Origin: Nitrospirota bacterium
GTDB taxonomy: Bacteria > Nitrospirota > UBA9217
Assembly: GCA_021783455.1 (NCBI GenBank)
Contig: JAJXTW010000001.1
Location: 1-45,460 of the forward strand
Length of the DNA stretch: 45,460 nt
Direction of reading: 5' to 3'
The translations under genes were made by a program, and so were the position numbers. Below the pieces are notes generated by a model, which did not search any database, was not told the DNA's origin, and saw only the letters and a program-made list of their open reading frames with translations. Below, one piece after another: positions 45,392 through 45,460 of this stretch (its first letter is position 1; every line of letters begins with the position of its first letter).

Positions 45392-45460
45392 CTAGTCTTT
45401 TCTCAGCACGATCGGTTCCAGGCCCTCGAACGTCAGCTTCTTCGCCACCTGTTCCGCCAG
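45392..45460 (-). CDS. 3' end of an unidentified gene entering from the right edge
   Basis: The reverse frame is open from the window edge to the TAG at 45392-45394 (..LAEQVAKKLTFEGLEPIVLRKD*). It is too short to name. Confidence 0.3.
   Translation of the reverse strand: MAEQVAKKLTFEGLEPIVLRKD

Overview
This 45.5 kb window is almost entirely coded on the minus strand. By eye it is slightly over 50% G+C and comes from an anaerobic sulfite/sulfate-reducing bacterium; I cannot determine the taxon without a search. All homology calls rest on motifs I recognise in the translated ORFs, not on database hits.

Layout, left to right:
- **1-3.3 kb:** an operon behind a sigma-54 promoter, encoding USP domains, a TauE/SafE-type permease and a TIGR02186-like partner.
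- **3.3-5.1 kb:** an AT-rich divergent control region, a DUF3786-like gene and a coding-poor gap.
- **5.1-14.4 kb:** a co-directional signalling island. It holds an XRE regulator, a Cys4 mini-protein, a NarL/LuxR response regulator, a sensor kinase with an NtrC-type regulator, and a CbrXAB-like module.
- **14.6-19.2 kb:** housekeeping genes (TrmH-family methyltransferase, coaD, rsmD, NfeD protease plus SPFH/stomatin).
- **19.3-31.75 kb:** one contiguous dsr supercluster, in the order dsrA-dsrB-dsrD-dsrN-(Cys4 zinc-ribbon ORF)-dsrC-ferredoxin | DsrH-like, DsrE-like, DsrF-like, DsrT-like, dsrMKJOP | ferredoxin.
- **31.75-32.9 kb:** a roughly 1.1 kb non-coding, strongly AT-rich region upstream of dsrA.
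- **32.9-45.5 kb:** osmC, cysE, a DUF4124 protein, ispDF, an MglA-like GTPase with a C-terminal extension, an IMPase-family gene, uvrC, uvrB, a secreted repeat protein, a LysR regulator, pepA and a partial ORF.

The most interesting observations:
- The all-in-one dsr locus combines reductive-type markers (dsrD, DsrT-like) with a DsrH/E/F-fold trio and an uncharacterised zinc-ribbon ORF.
- Two diverged but protein-conserved CxxDxxC ferredoxin paralogues bracket the electron-transfer half of that locus.
- An intrinsic terminator sits directly against the ribosome-binding site of the next gene.
- The SLC5-domain kinase is translationally coupled to a 58-aa membrane peptide that the ORF track missed.
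- Several promoters abut start codons, which suggests leaderless or near-leaderless mRNAs.
- Heptamer-periodic tandem repeats recur in intergenic spacers.
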